Below are positions 13,761-24,802 of a stretch of 64,000 nt of DNA, one piece after another. A program made the position numbers and the translations under genes. The notes beneath the pieces are model-generated. The model had not been told where the DNA came from. It did not search any database and was given only the letters and a program-made list of their open reading frames with translations. This DNA comes from Octopus sinensis. Taxonomy: Eukaryota. The stretch's first letter is position 1; every line of letters begins with the position of its first letter. The DNA lies in the NCBI RefSeq assembly GCF_006345805.1, contig NC_042997.1:18290001-18354000 (forward strand). Reading direction: 5' to 3'.

Positions 13761-15427
13761 ACCATATTTAATATGTATATTATCTATTATTATCTATATT
13801 GTCTAATATCTATATTAACAGAAGTGAAAATTGATAATAGTTTGATGATATTGTCATATCATTTCTGGATTACTGGTTAAATTTCTAAATAATGGATTTG
13901 CCAAGAACATGATATCATGCTGTTGTCATGATAAAATGTAGCCAATCTACTGTGAAATGGTTAGTGTTAGGAAAGGCATCAAGCTGTAGAAATGACGCCA
14001 AAGTTAAATAGAAACTAACTAGTAGAAACTGAGAAGATCTCTTCTGATTCATATTTGAGTTATTGTAAATCTACAGTCTCACTTGCTTTAGTGTTATTTC
14101 ACAGTCTTTTACTCTTCCTGAGAATGTGAAACTAATGTTCTTACTACAGTTCTAGTTTGAATAGGTTTCAGTTTGATAACCAATTCTCAGTGTCATTTTA
14201 TCTGAAGTTTTCAAACAATCAGTCTCTGCTTTATATGAGGGAAGTAAATCTTACTTGCTGTTCAAAGAAAAATTTATTCAGTGTTGAGTCACAAAGTAAG
14301 CTTGTGGCTTGTATAGTCAAAGAATTATTGCACTAAACACAGTTATATCAAATCTTTGGCTCTAATAATTGGAAGGGAATTCAGGCTTCTTAAAACACTA
14401 TTTATTTAAATGGTGCACGAATATACACACACCCAAACACAAACACAAATATACTCACACATCTGTGTGCCATGTTTTCTTCTTTTCATTGCTAAAAGAT
14501 GATTCTAATAATTGCATTTATTGGATATCCTGTTTCAAACAAGATTCAAACAATTTTGAATTGTATTCAGTTGCAATAATTCTTGAGATCAAAAACAGCC
14601 ATACCATATATTTGAAAATAACAAGAAAATCTCTGATATATGAGAAAATGAAAAATATAAGAAAGAAAAGAAACCATTTATATTGATAAAGGGGTTATTA
14701 ACTATAATGAAATACGGTAGAGATCCTTTGAAGACTGGTAAAGAAAGAAATATAATGTAAAAAGTTACACTATTGCAGTCATTTTCTTCCGAATATTGTA
14801 TTGAATATGATCAAGAATTTTCTTTATAGATTCGTAAACGAAAACATTCTGAGTCTACTTTGCAATGAATGAGTTAATAGATATTTTTCCTTATCATATA
14901 CATGATTTTCATTCTGAAATAATGGGTCTTTTTTTTTTATCAAAACTAAATTTATGACTGAATATTATCAAGAACAATCAAGAAAACAAAGAATCCTTTG
15001 TTTTATTTTTACTAATTTAATATTTATTAAACTTGGCTTCATATATAAATACACTGATTGACCAAAGCAAGATTCAAAAAGAAAAATCCACAAGAGTTAT
15101 TCTGCATAAAAGACACTAATTGTTAATAAATGTAGACTTGAATAATATAATAAAATATTATTTTGTAACACACAGAATGGGGCACCAATCAATTTCTATT
15201 ATATTTGTGAAAAATGGTTCAGTCAAATCTTTATAATGTACTATGGAATATCATTAAAGGTGTTGTTGTTGTTGTTTAGACCAGGTCAACTATGATAAAG
15301 CAGAATTGTGATCAAAGATATTCAAGCTGTGACCATCTTGTTTTATTTCAAGGATTAACATATGTAAGACTGCATTATCCCTTGTCTTTCTATTTTTAAG
15401 ACAAAAGAGTGTTATTTGAATGAGATG

Positions 15428-15818
15428 TGGAGGTGCAATGGCCCAGTGATTAGGGCAGCGGACTCGCGGTCATAGGATCGCAGTTTCGATTCCTAGACCG
15501 GGCGTTGTGAGTGTTTATTGAGCGAAAACACCTTAAAAGCTCCACGCAGCTCCGGCAGGGGATGGTGGTGATCCCTGCTGTACTCTTTCACCACAACTTT
15601 CTCTCACTCTTACTTCCTGTTTCTGTTGTACCTGTATTTCAAAGGGCTGGCATTGTCACTCTCTGTGTCACGCTGAATATCCCCGAGAACTATGTTACGG
15701 GTACAGGTGTCTTTGGAGTGTTCAGCCACTTACACGTTAATTTCACGAGCAGGCTGTTCCGTTGATTCGGATCAACCGGAACCCTCATCATCGTAACTGA
15801 CGGAGTGCTCCCATTTCC
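15428..15818 (+). mobile_element. tRNA-derived SINE family C with 12-bp target-site duplication
   Basis: A-box tggcccagtg and B-box gtttcgattcc; flanked by ATTTGAATGAGA at 15414-15425 and 15819-15830. Confidence 0.85.
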
Positions 15819-16011
15819 ATTTGAATGAGAATTGTTTGATCATGTAAAGAAAACAACATACAACAATGAAGATCCTCAAACCAAGCAACCTCACTTATGT
15901 TAATGCCATATAAAATGCACCTAGCACACTCTGACCAACAAGCAGAGACAGTGTAGAGTCAAAAAGGATCCTTAATGTCAGAACATGCTGACTGATGATA
16001 TATTCTAGGTA

Positions 16012-16396
16012 TACTCTTTTACTTGTTTCAGTCATTTGACTGCGGCCATGCTGGAGTACCGCCTTTAGTCGTGCAAATCAACCCCGGGACTTATTCTTTG
16101 TAAGCCCAGTACTTATTCTATTGGTCTCTTTTGCCGAACCGCTAAGTGACGGGGACATAAACATACCAGCATCGGTTGTCAAGCAATGCTAGGGGGACAA
16201 ACACAGACACACAAACATATATATATACATACATATATACGACGGGCTTCTTTCAGTTTCCGTCTACCAAATCCACTCACAAGGCTTTGGTTGGCCCGAG
16301 GCTATAGCAGAAGACACTTGCCCGAGGTGCCATGCAGTGGGACTGAACCCGGAACCATGTGGTTGGTAAGCAAACTACTTACCACACAGCCACTCT
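16012..16396 (-). mobile_element. SINE family B
   Basis: Reverse complement of 11936-12345. Confidence 0.92.
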
Positions 16397-16454
16397 TGGT
16401 TTTACTTCTACAAGAACAAAATTTTTCTTTCTACTTGATTCACAAATTTTCCTT

Positions 16455-16760
16455 TTATACACAGAATTTTTTTCTACTTCTTTCGGTAGGTTCTATCCAG
16501 TTCTCGGCTGCATCCCACTTCTCTTCTTGTACATTTTTGGGGTGCTTCTTTTTTATTTGTCCCTTCTGGCTACAACAGTAGCAGGTGGAAGGTCTCCCTT
16601 CCACTGTTACTGTCAGTTTTGTTTCATCTAGTACTTCTATACTTTCAGGGACCTCATTTAGATCTAATTGGGTGGCCTGGATAATTAATTCCAGGTCGCA
16701 ACCCCACCAATTCAACTGTTGAGTTCTGGTTGTTTGTCCAACCTTCAATTCCTCTTTCAT
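16455..16760 (-). mobile_element. Probable Tx1/L1-like ORF1 (gag-like) fragment with degenerate zinc knuckle
   Basis: LTVTVEGRPSTCYCCSQKGQIKKKHP fits the VxxxGxPxxCxxCxxxGHxxxxCP pattern with H and last C lost. Confidence 0.55.
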
Positions 16761-16844
16761 ATTAGCATTTATGGCTGATGGCCCTTCCTAACACCAACTA
16801 TATAGATACATTTATAAATATATGCATCACCTCACACATTTATG

Positions 16845-16904
<60 letters not shown>

Positions 16905-18063
16905 TGCTAGTCTCTAGAACTGTGGGGTCGTGCATAGGTGTGGGTGGTGAAGATTGATATGTGTGCAGGAGAGGGGTAGAAAAAGGAGTGGCTGTACATA
17001 TAATATGTATATTGTCTGACATTGGTAGCTGAAATGGCTGGAAGCAATGTTAAAGTTTTGTATTAAAAATAATTAACCGATGTTGGTCAATTTGTTTGTT
17101 GATCAAAAGTTTTCTCCATTTTCTGTTCTTAGATAACAGACACACATACATTACATGCATGTGTGTGTGTGTGTGTGTGTGTGTACAATGAGCTTCCACA
17201 GTCATGACCAAGTGGTTAAGCAGTTTTGCTTTGCAACCCTGGGTTCAATATTACTGTTTTGCATTGTAGATAAATGAGTTTTTGTTTTTTACTTACTATA
17301 GTCTATGCTCTGCTCCAGTCTACTGCTCAACATAGAGGGTGATTGACAGAATCAATAGGAAACTGGACAGAATATTTTGTGGTTTCTGATTGTGCTTCTT
17401 TATGTTTTGAGTTCAATTCCTGCCTAGGGACAATTTAACTTATATTTTTCTGAAATTGCTAAGATAGAAGCTGGGGTTGATTTAATACCCTACAACCTAA
17501 ACAAAGATAAAAATATGCAAAAAATAGATACACCCCAGTGACTGAAAGCAGCAGAAAAGGTAAATGCATTGTCATAACTGAACATAGATGAAGTGAGAAG
17601 AAGCCAAAAGTTTTTTTGACTTTTAGTTGATAATTGATGAGAGGAATGTCTCACAATAGAAACAGTTGCATAACTGACATATCTTTACTTGATTATGCAT
17701 AAAACTAACCACTCATATGAGACACTATCATTAAAATCTCCTTCATTCTCATTCTTGTCATGCTTCTTCTCATTCTTCTCCTCCATCATTTTCCCAATCT
17801 GTAGTAGAAGGGTCAAGTCTAATACTTGCATACATCTATCTGTTTAATATGCAATATAGTATCACTGCATTACCATCGAATGATTTTTTTTTTTTAATGA
17901 GTTTCCAGTTTTCAGTTTTCTATCAATCAACTTTCTTATACAAATTAATAAGTTCATTATTTTAATATCGAATAACTCACAATAACAGCAAGAATACAAA
18001 CTTCACTTTTTTTTGAAGTATGTTAATATTTCAAAAAAACTAGGAATGCCAGTAATAAGGGGG

Positions 18064-18064
<1 letters not shown>

Positions 18065-18142
<78 letters not shown>

Positions 18143-18143
18143 A

Positions 18144-18194
<51 letters not shown>

Positions 18195-18222
18195 ATGATG
18201 ATAATGATGATATGATGATGAT
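18065..18222. repeat. Compound (TAC)n-(TGC)n-(TAC)n-(TGC)n-(TGA)n microsatellite
   Basis: Direct reading. Confidence 0.95.
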
Positions 18223-18382
18223 AAACATACAATATTGGGGACAGCGAAGGTTTTGAGATTGATACTTGGATGTTAAGTATTGTGGAGAGTGACTCTCTGA
18301 GACCTTTGACAACAGGTTACTGTCTGCTCTTACAGAATTAACTGGAGCGAGTAAAATCAAGAGTTCTGAAAATCAAAATGGA

Positions 18383-18421
<39 letters not shown>

Positions 18422-18623
18422 CCTTTTTACTATAGCCACAAAACCCGAAATTTGGGGGAGTTGGATAGTCAATTACATCGACCCCAGTGCTCAGCTTGTA
18501 CTTATTTTAACAACCCTGAAAGCATGAAATGTAAAATCAACCTTGGCAGAATTTGAACTCAGAACATGATGACGGATGAAATACCTCGAAATATTTCGCC
18601 CAATTCTGTCAGCTCACCACCTT
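18383..18623 (-). mobile_element. SINE family A, tail type 2, ending in (TTA)n
   Basis: Family A head and centre on the minus strand; 3' part ..ctcccccaaatttcggg..ctatagtaaaaaggg(tta)n. Confidence 0.75.
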
Positions 18624-18647
18624 GATAATAATAATAATAATGATAAT

Positions 18648-19174
18648 GATCTTAACTGATTGGAAGTGTTATCATGTACATTGTTTTGTCTTGGTATAAA
18701 AAATAGGCTACAGCAAATGTTCTGCTCAGTACCACAGATTTGCTTGTCAGTTGTTTGACCTTAACCAGCTGAGCATGTCTCTTAGTGGCTGATGATATGT
18801 GTATCTCTGATCATGAGCAGAAGTAGTGGGGGAGCATCATAGCCATGTGTTGAGAGGGATTCTTTGGGGTTTGAATAATTCACCTCTGGAAACATGAGTG
18901 ATTTGTTCAACATCCTTAAACAACCCTCATTCAGGGACCTTTTGAGCAGGATGGGTTACTTAACCTGAAGAAAGTTCTAACTGGGCCCCACCTGCAAGGT
19001 CATGTGCTGCTTATCTTGATATGAGATCACCATGTCGTGCACATATGGTTGTGATGCATGTGCCTATTGTACCCTTATCAGATGGGTAGTCATGATGGGT
19101 ATACTGGGCTTCATATATTTTACCCCAGTGTCACTTTGATGGCATGCACTGCTCTCTCAATCAATAATAATAAT
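18648..19174 (+). mobile_element. 5'-truncated copy of a ~590-bp non-coding (AAT)n-embedded element (family E)
   Basis: High similarity to 21932-22517; (AAT)n on both sides. Confidence 0.85.
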
Positions 19175-19289
19175 TCAAACAGACAAGAAATTAGAAAATA
19201 ATAGACTAAGTATAATGATTACAGATAAGGAAAGCGAAGTTGCTTACTTATTGACACATCATGCCTATTTGATACCAGGATCTAGCTTG

Positions 19290-19625
19290 CTTACAAGCCA
19301 CATGGTTCCAGGTTCAGTCCCACTGCATGGCACCTTCGGCGAGTGTTTTCTGCTATAGCCTCGGGCTGACCAAAGCCTTGTGAGTGGATTTGGTAGACTG
19401 AAACCATTGTATATATGTGTGTGTGTGTGTGTTTCTACTCCCACCATCGCTTGACAACTGATGTTGGTGTGTTTACATCCCAGCAACTTAGCAGTTCAGC
19501 TGAAGAGACTGATAGAATAAGTACTAGGCTTACAAAGAATAAGTACTGGGGTCGATTTGTTTGACTAAAGGTGGTGCTCCAGCATGGCTGCAGTCAAATG
19601 ACTGAATCAAATAAAAGAATAAAAG
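19290..19625 (+). mobile_element. SINE family B, lacking the first bases of the head
   Basis: Matches 11936-12345. Confidence 0.88.
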
Positions 19626-19664
19626 AAAAAGAGGAAGAAAAGCAAAAAAAATATACAATCTCTT

Positions 19665-19927
19665 AAAATTTGAAATAGGAAGAATTTAGACCATGCGAAC
19701 AGTAATTGGTGCATTGGGAACAGTAAGCCAAGATATAAACAAATGGCTGAAGGAGATTGAAATAAAATGCCTGGCAGGAGTCCTTCAGAAAGTTTTGTCT
19801 CTTAGGTATTGCAAGGATTATCAAGAGGGTTCTAATCACTTGAAAAACTGCTGAATACTTGTAGACACCTAAGGTTACAGGTAGTAAGACTGAACCTGAG
19901 CAAATCCCAAATAATAATAATAATAAT
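19665..19927 (+). mobile_element. R4/Dong-like 3' end with (AAT)n tail
   Basis: VIGALGTVSQDINKWLKEIEIK..LQKV(fs)LLGIARIIKRVLI*, then short UTR and (aat)n. Confidence 0.7.
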
Positions 19928-20070
19928 CCTTTCTACTATAGGCACAAGGCCTAAAATTTTTGGAAAGGGGTAGTCTATTATATTGACCCTGTTACTCAAC
20001 TGGTACTTATTTTATTGACCCTGAAAGGATGAAAGCCAAAGTTGACCATGGTGGAATTTGAACTCAGAAT
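19927..20070 (-). mobile_element. SINE family A, tail type 2, partial
   Basis: ccttt ctactataggcacaaggcctaaaatttt..gaaaggatgaaag..gaatttgaactcagaa. Confidence 0.75.
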
Positions 20071-20157
20071 GTAAAGCCATCAGTGAGACTAAACACAAAA
20101 CCATGTGGGTGGAAAGTAAACTTCTTCCCCGCACAGCCACACCTGATAATAATAATA

Positions 20158-20217
<60 letters not shown>

Positions 20218-20635
20218 TGATGATAATAATATATGTTTTTGTTGTATTAAAATGAGATAATTTGTTATTTGATCTTCATGAAATTTTATGCTAGTGGATA
20301 TATTGCCAAGTTTAACAAGAACAAGAACAAGAACAACAATAATAGTCATAATTATAACCTAACTCTAATTTAGTTCAAAAGAATAATTCTTTTCTTTCTT
20401 GATTTATTTAAATTTTATTAATATTGAAATAGTAGAAAGAAATAAAAATAATCTGTTGTAATATTGTTATTTCCTGATTGAATTTGAATTTATTAATAAA
20501 TTGCTACTTACTTGTTATCTTCCAAGTAGTTTAATATAAGTTATTTGGCTTCTTTGCATTTGAATCAGTCTAATAACTAACATTTAAGACTAAGCAAAAG
20601 GTACAACAAATATAACAAAAATATAATAAATAAGA

Positions 20636-20890
20636 TTTTACATTATTTATACTATTTATATTATTTACATTTGACAGACATTAGTCCTCATCTTGTTTGT
20701 TGTTAACACAACGTTTTGGCTGATATACCCTCCGGCCTTCAACAGGTGTCTTGGAGAAATTTAGAACCTGGGTTCTCATTCCTAAGGTATTTTTCGATAT
20801 TATTATTCTTATTATTCAGGTCATTGCTTGGAATTGAACTCGGAATCTTGGGCTTAGTAGTCTGTGCTCTTAACCACTGCGCCTTATGCC
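20636..20890 (-). mobile_element. tRNA-headed SINE family D with PLE-like hammerhead-bearing tail (degenerate HHR at 20705-20750)
   Basis: Minus strand: A-box ggcgcagtgg, B-box gagttcaattcc, short (aat), gacac-CTGTTGA-aggccg..cagcc-AAAA-CGTT-gtgtt, then (aatgtaaat)-like tail. Confidence 0.8.
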
Positions 20891-21237
20891 ATTGGGCAAT
20901 TATGGAGTGAATTTTAAGGCTTGTGAATCTAATATTTTCTTATCCTTCCATAGTACTGGTTCCAATATACTATTCATATCTGCACTCTGCTTAGGAGGTT
21001 GTTTTGTCGTAGTATATATGCTGCTTCTTTTAGTTTTCCTATTTTCCAGTGGTGTTCTCTGTCTATTATTTTAACTTCATTCCACAGGGAGAGGTGGTCT
21101 CCATTTTTCCATACATTATCATTTATCAACATCTCATGTCACAGCTTTGCGATGTTCCTCTGCCCTTATTTTGAGGGGGCGGCATGTTTTGCTTTTGTAT
21201 AACCTACCACAGCTGATTGGGATGGAGTACATGCAGT

Positions 21238-21642
21238 TTTTCGTTGCCAGCCTCGGCTGGCCCCCGTGCCGGTGACACGTAAAAGCACCGTCCGTTCGTG
21301 GCTGGTTGCCAGCTCTGTCTGGCCCCGTGTCGGTGGCACGTAAAAGCACCATCCGTTCGTGTCCGTTGCCAGCATCGCCTGGCCCCGTGCCGGTGACACG
21401 TAAAAGCACCATCCGTTCGTGGCCATTCGCCAGCTCTGTCTGGCACCTGTGCAGGTGGCACGTAAAAAACACCCACTACACTCGCGGAGTGGTTGGCGTT
21501 AGGAAGGGCATCCAGCCGTAGAAACACTGCCAGATCTGACTGGGCCTGACGAAGCCTTCCAGCTTCACAGACCCCAGTTGACCCGTCCAACCCATGCTAG
21601 CATGGAAAACGGACGCTAAACGATGATGATGATGATGATGAT
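21238..21642 (+). mobile_element. Young RTE 3' UTR fragment with four ~60-bp tandem units and (GAT)n tail
   Basis: Units cgttgccag..cgtgccggtg(a/g)cacgtaaaagcacc; CpG-rich; terminus shared with 2518-5195. Confidence 0.9.
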
Positions 21643-21789
21643 TCTCTTCTATTGGTGAATACTGTCCTCATATCATATGGGCCACATATCTTTTGTATCT
21701 TTTCAGAGAGCATATGGTATAGTGGTTGAGAGTGCAGGCTATTAACCCCAAGAATCTGAGTTCGATTCCAGGCAGTGACCTGAATAATG

Positions 21790-21825
<36 letters not shown>

Positions 21826-21879
21826 GGCTTCATATATTTTACCCCAGTGTGACTTTGATGGCATGAACTGCTCTCTCAC

Positions 21880-21880
<1 letters not shown>
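21826..21880 (+). mobile_element. Family E, terminal ~55 bp only
   Basis: ggcttcatatattttaccccagtgt..ctgctctctcact followed by (aat)n. Confidence 0.8.
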
Positions 21881-21931
<51 letters not shown>

Positions 21932-22517
21932 GTTGCCCTGATGCAGTACCAGGCAGTGGCTTTGCCCTGATGCAGTACCAGGCAGTGGCTCTCATGGCTT
22001 CTGATCTTAACTGATTGGAAGTGTTATCATATACATTGTTTTGTCTTGGTATAAAAGATGGGCTGCAGCAAATATTCTGCTCAATATCACAGATTTGCTT
22101 GTCAGTTGTTTGACCTTAACCAGTTGAGCATGTCCCTTAGTGGCTGATGATATGTGCATCTCTGATCATGAGCAGAAGTAGTGGGGGAGCATCATAGCCA
22201 TATATTGAGAGGGATCCTTTGGGGTTTGAATAATTCACCTCTGGAAACATGGGTGTTTCATTCAACATCCTTAAACAATCCTTATTCCGGGACCTTTTGA
22301 GCGGGATGGGCTACTCAACCAGAAGAAAATTCTAACTGGGCCCCACCTGCAAGGTCATGCACTGTTTATCTTGATATGAGATCACCATATCACGTACATA
22401 TGGCTGTGATGCATGTGCCTGGTGTACCCTTATCAGACGGGTAGTCATGATGGGTGTACTGGGCTTCATATACTTTACCCCAGTGTCACTTTGATGGCAT
22501 GCACTGCTCTCTCACTC
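21932..22517 (+). mobile_element. Family E, longest copy, with a 29-bp tandem duplication at its 5' end
   Basis: ttgccctgatgcagtaccaggcagtggct occurs twice (21933-21961, 21962-21990); (AAT)n on both sides. Confidence 0.85.
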
Positions 22518-22622
22518 AATAATAATAATAATAATAATAATGATAATAACAATAACAATAATAACAATAACAACATTGAAAAATACCTTAGGAATGAGAA
22601 CCCAGGTTCAAAATTTCCCCAA

Positions 22623-22668
22623 GACACCTGATGAAGGCTGGAAGGTATATCAGCAGAAACTTTGTGTT
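22623..22668 (+). ncRNA. Minimal type-I hammerhead ribozyme motif, slightly degenerate
   Basis: gacac-CTGATGA-a-ggctg(loop)cagca-GAAA-CTTT-gtgtt; stem I gacac/gtgtt; the other copy supplies cagcc and CGTT. Confidence 0.6.
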
Positions 22669-24254
22669 AACAACAAACAAAACGAGGACAAACATCTGTC
22701 AAATGTAAATAATGTAAATAATGTACATAATTCCTCATCTCTTAAATATAGAACTGTATTAAATAAGATTATGTATAAGTAAAAATGCTTTCTCTCCATC
22801 CAATTTTTGTATTCCTTCTGAAAATACAAAACGCATAAATATACATTATGTTTTTATATAGATATACTAGAAAAAGAAGAGCAGTTATTAATGATCATAA
22901 TGATTATAAACATCATCATCCTTATCATCATCGTTTATTATTGTTTAACCCCAGGTCACCCTGACTGAGAAAATGTAGCTATATCCCAGCAACGCTAAAC
23001 CTCTCTTACTTTTCTTTCAACCATAGTGTGTTTAGTATTATGTAATTACCAAATTCATACTTGAAAGATAGTTGTATATGATTTGAAGAAGATTTGTTTG
23101 CTGTTTCTGGTCAAACTAAGCAGAGAAATCATTGTTGTTGTTTAGCTCCAAGCAGGCCCTGATAGAGTATGGTGAGACTTGAGGGAGATTTGTCTGCTAT
23201 TTCTAGTTGGTCAGGAATGATGTAATAGCCACCATACTGTTAACTGATTAGATATGATACAACATTTCATTGCAATACAACATCACCTCACCAATGAAAA
23301 TATCCTCTGATCAAAATTCCATACCTCTTCCTCTTTTATTGCTGTTTTGCATCTGTTATAGAGGTTCTTCACTGCCATCTCATAGCATCTCCTACACAAT
23401 ATATCTTGTCCATTAAAAGTTTATGCTAGCACAACTGTCAAGTCTGTATATAACATCTGATTTGTTTTAATGCTCAGTTATTTTCTGAGATAATTTGCTG
23501 CTTTATTTTTGATATATGTTAGCTTGCCACCACCAGTTTATCATATTTACCTCATTCCACACCAGTATCTGCTTGAATTTTACAACCATGGAACATCATT
23601 GCATATAGTTATAGCTCATACATTTTACACTAAAAAGGAGAATTGAATTAACTTTTTTCCCATTTTAATTCAGTTTATATATTTTTAAAAAATGTTCTTG
23701 GGCTCTAGAACTCATAAGGCTGGCAACCCAATTTCCATGATGTGTGAGTGACTAAGATTGTAACTTTTCCCCCTGAACAGGATGCTGGTGTGTTGCGGGG
23801 TCTAAGGTTAGCAGTTTTGATGGAAAGGAACAGGTCAGTTACATTGACCCTGGTATTTGACAAATTCTTTATTTTATCAATCCAAACGGTTCAAATGTTT
23901 GAACACACAATGTAAAGACTAACATATTTATAACCAGTAGTCAGTAACAAAGACCAAAATCGAAGGGCAGACATAAAAATATTTTGTAATTCTTATAACA
24001 ATAACAGCAAAATGAAACAACTAGTCAACGAATAAAATTGAAATAAAGATAAAATGCTTAAAAAACAGATTTACACAGCTAAAGTTGTGAAAGAAGTTAT
24101 AATCTCTAAGGCAATGTCCTAAATATACAATTAACAGGTATTACAGGATTCAGTTAGTGGGTAGGTGCTGAATTCCTCAAGCTGTATCATGCTTTTTTTT
24201 ATACTTCAGACCTTATAGAAGATATATCAATTGCAAAACCAAAATCAATATACA

Positions 24255-24759
24255 GAAACTGTGTGAAAAGTAGGGGTTAGAGCAAGTCAGAAACTTGCAA
24301 AATTCTGTGGGATTTTCCAATCTAAACAAACCAGGTGCTTGAGCAGAGCACAACAAGCCAGACCTAGAAGTGATGGACAAGGTAAATCATACGTGCTCTA
24401 TAATTGATGTTGAGTACCCATTTGATCCACAAATAGTTAAAAAGGAAGGCGTAAAAATAGATGTGTACAATCCTTTTTACTATAAGATAGCTCAACTGTG
24501 GTAAGTGAAGAAGGTGAAAATAGCGTCAATTATTGTTGGGCCCCAATGGACAGTATCAGAAGTCATCACAAGGAATATAAAGGAGATGGGAATAGAGTGC
24601 TGTTAGAACTGTTGCAAAAAGTTTGCCTCCTTGGCTCAGACAGAATCATCAGGAAGATGTTAGATAGTTGAAGAGAACAGATGGCATGGTGCTATAGGCT
24701 GCAGATAGAAAACCCCATACCCCAGGATTTTCACCAAAATTTCAGTTAAAAGAATAATG

Positions 24760-24800
<41 letters not shown>
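24255..24800 (+). mobile_element. R4/Dong-like 3' fragment with (AAT)n tail
   Basis: ILWDFPI*T..HNKPDLEVMDK..CSIIDVEYPFD..LLQKVCLLGSDRIIRKMLDS*. Confidence 0.8.

Positions 24801-24802
<2 letters not shown>

Larger units (their letters stand above)
21708..22767 (+). mobile_element. SINE family D split by family E insertions in its internal (AAT)n (head 21708-21782, tail ~22572-22767)
   Basis: Head and tail are colinear with the uninterrupted minus copy at 20636-20890. Confidence 0.8.

Noticed and set aside
21242-21480. Regularly spaced palindromic repeats resembling a CRISPR array
   Set aside because: Units are contiguous tandem copies with no unique spacers, lie in an RTE 3' UTR, and the context is eukaryotic with no cas genes.
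21708-21782. tRNA-like sequences (also 11936, 15428, 20820-20890, 52810)
   Set aside because: A and B boxes are present but no complete acceptor stem; each continues into a repeated SINE body.
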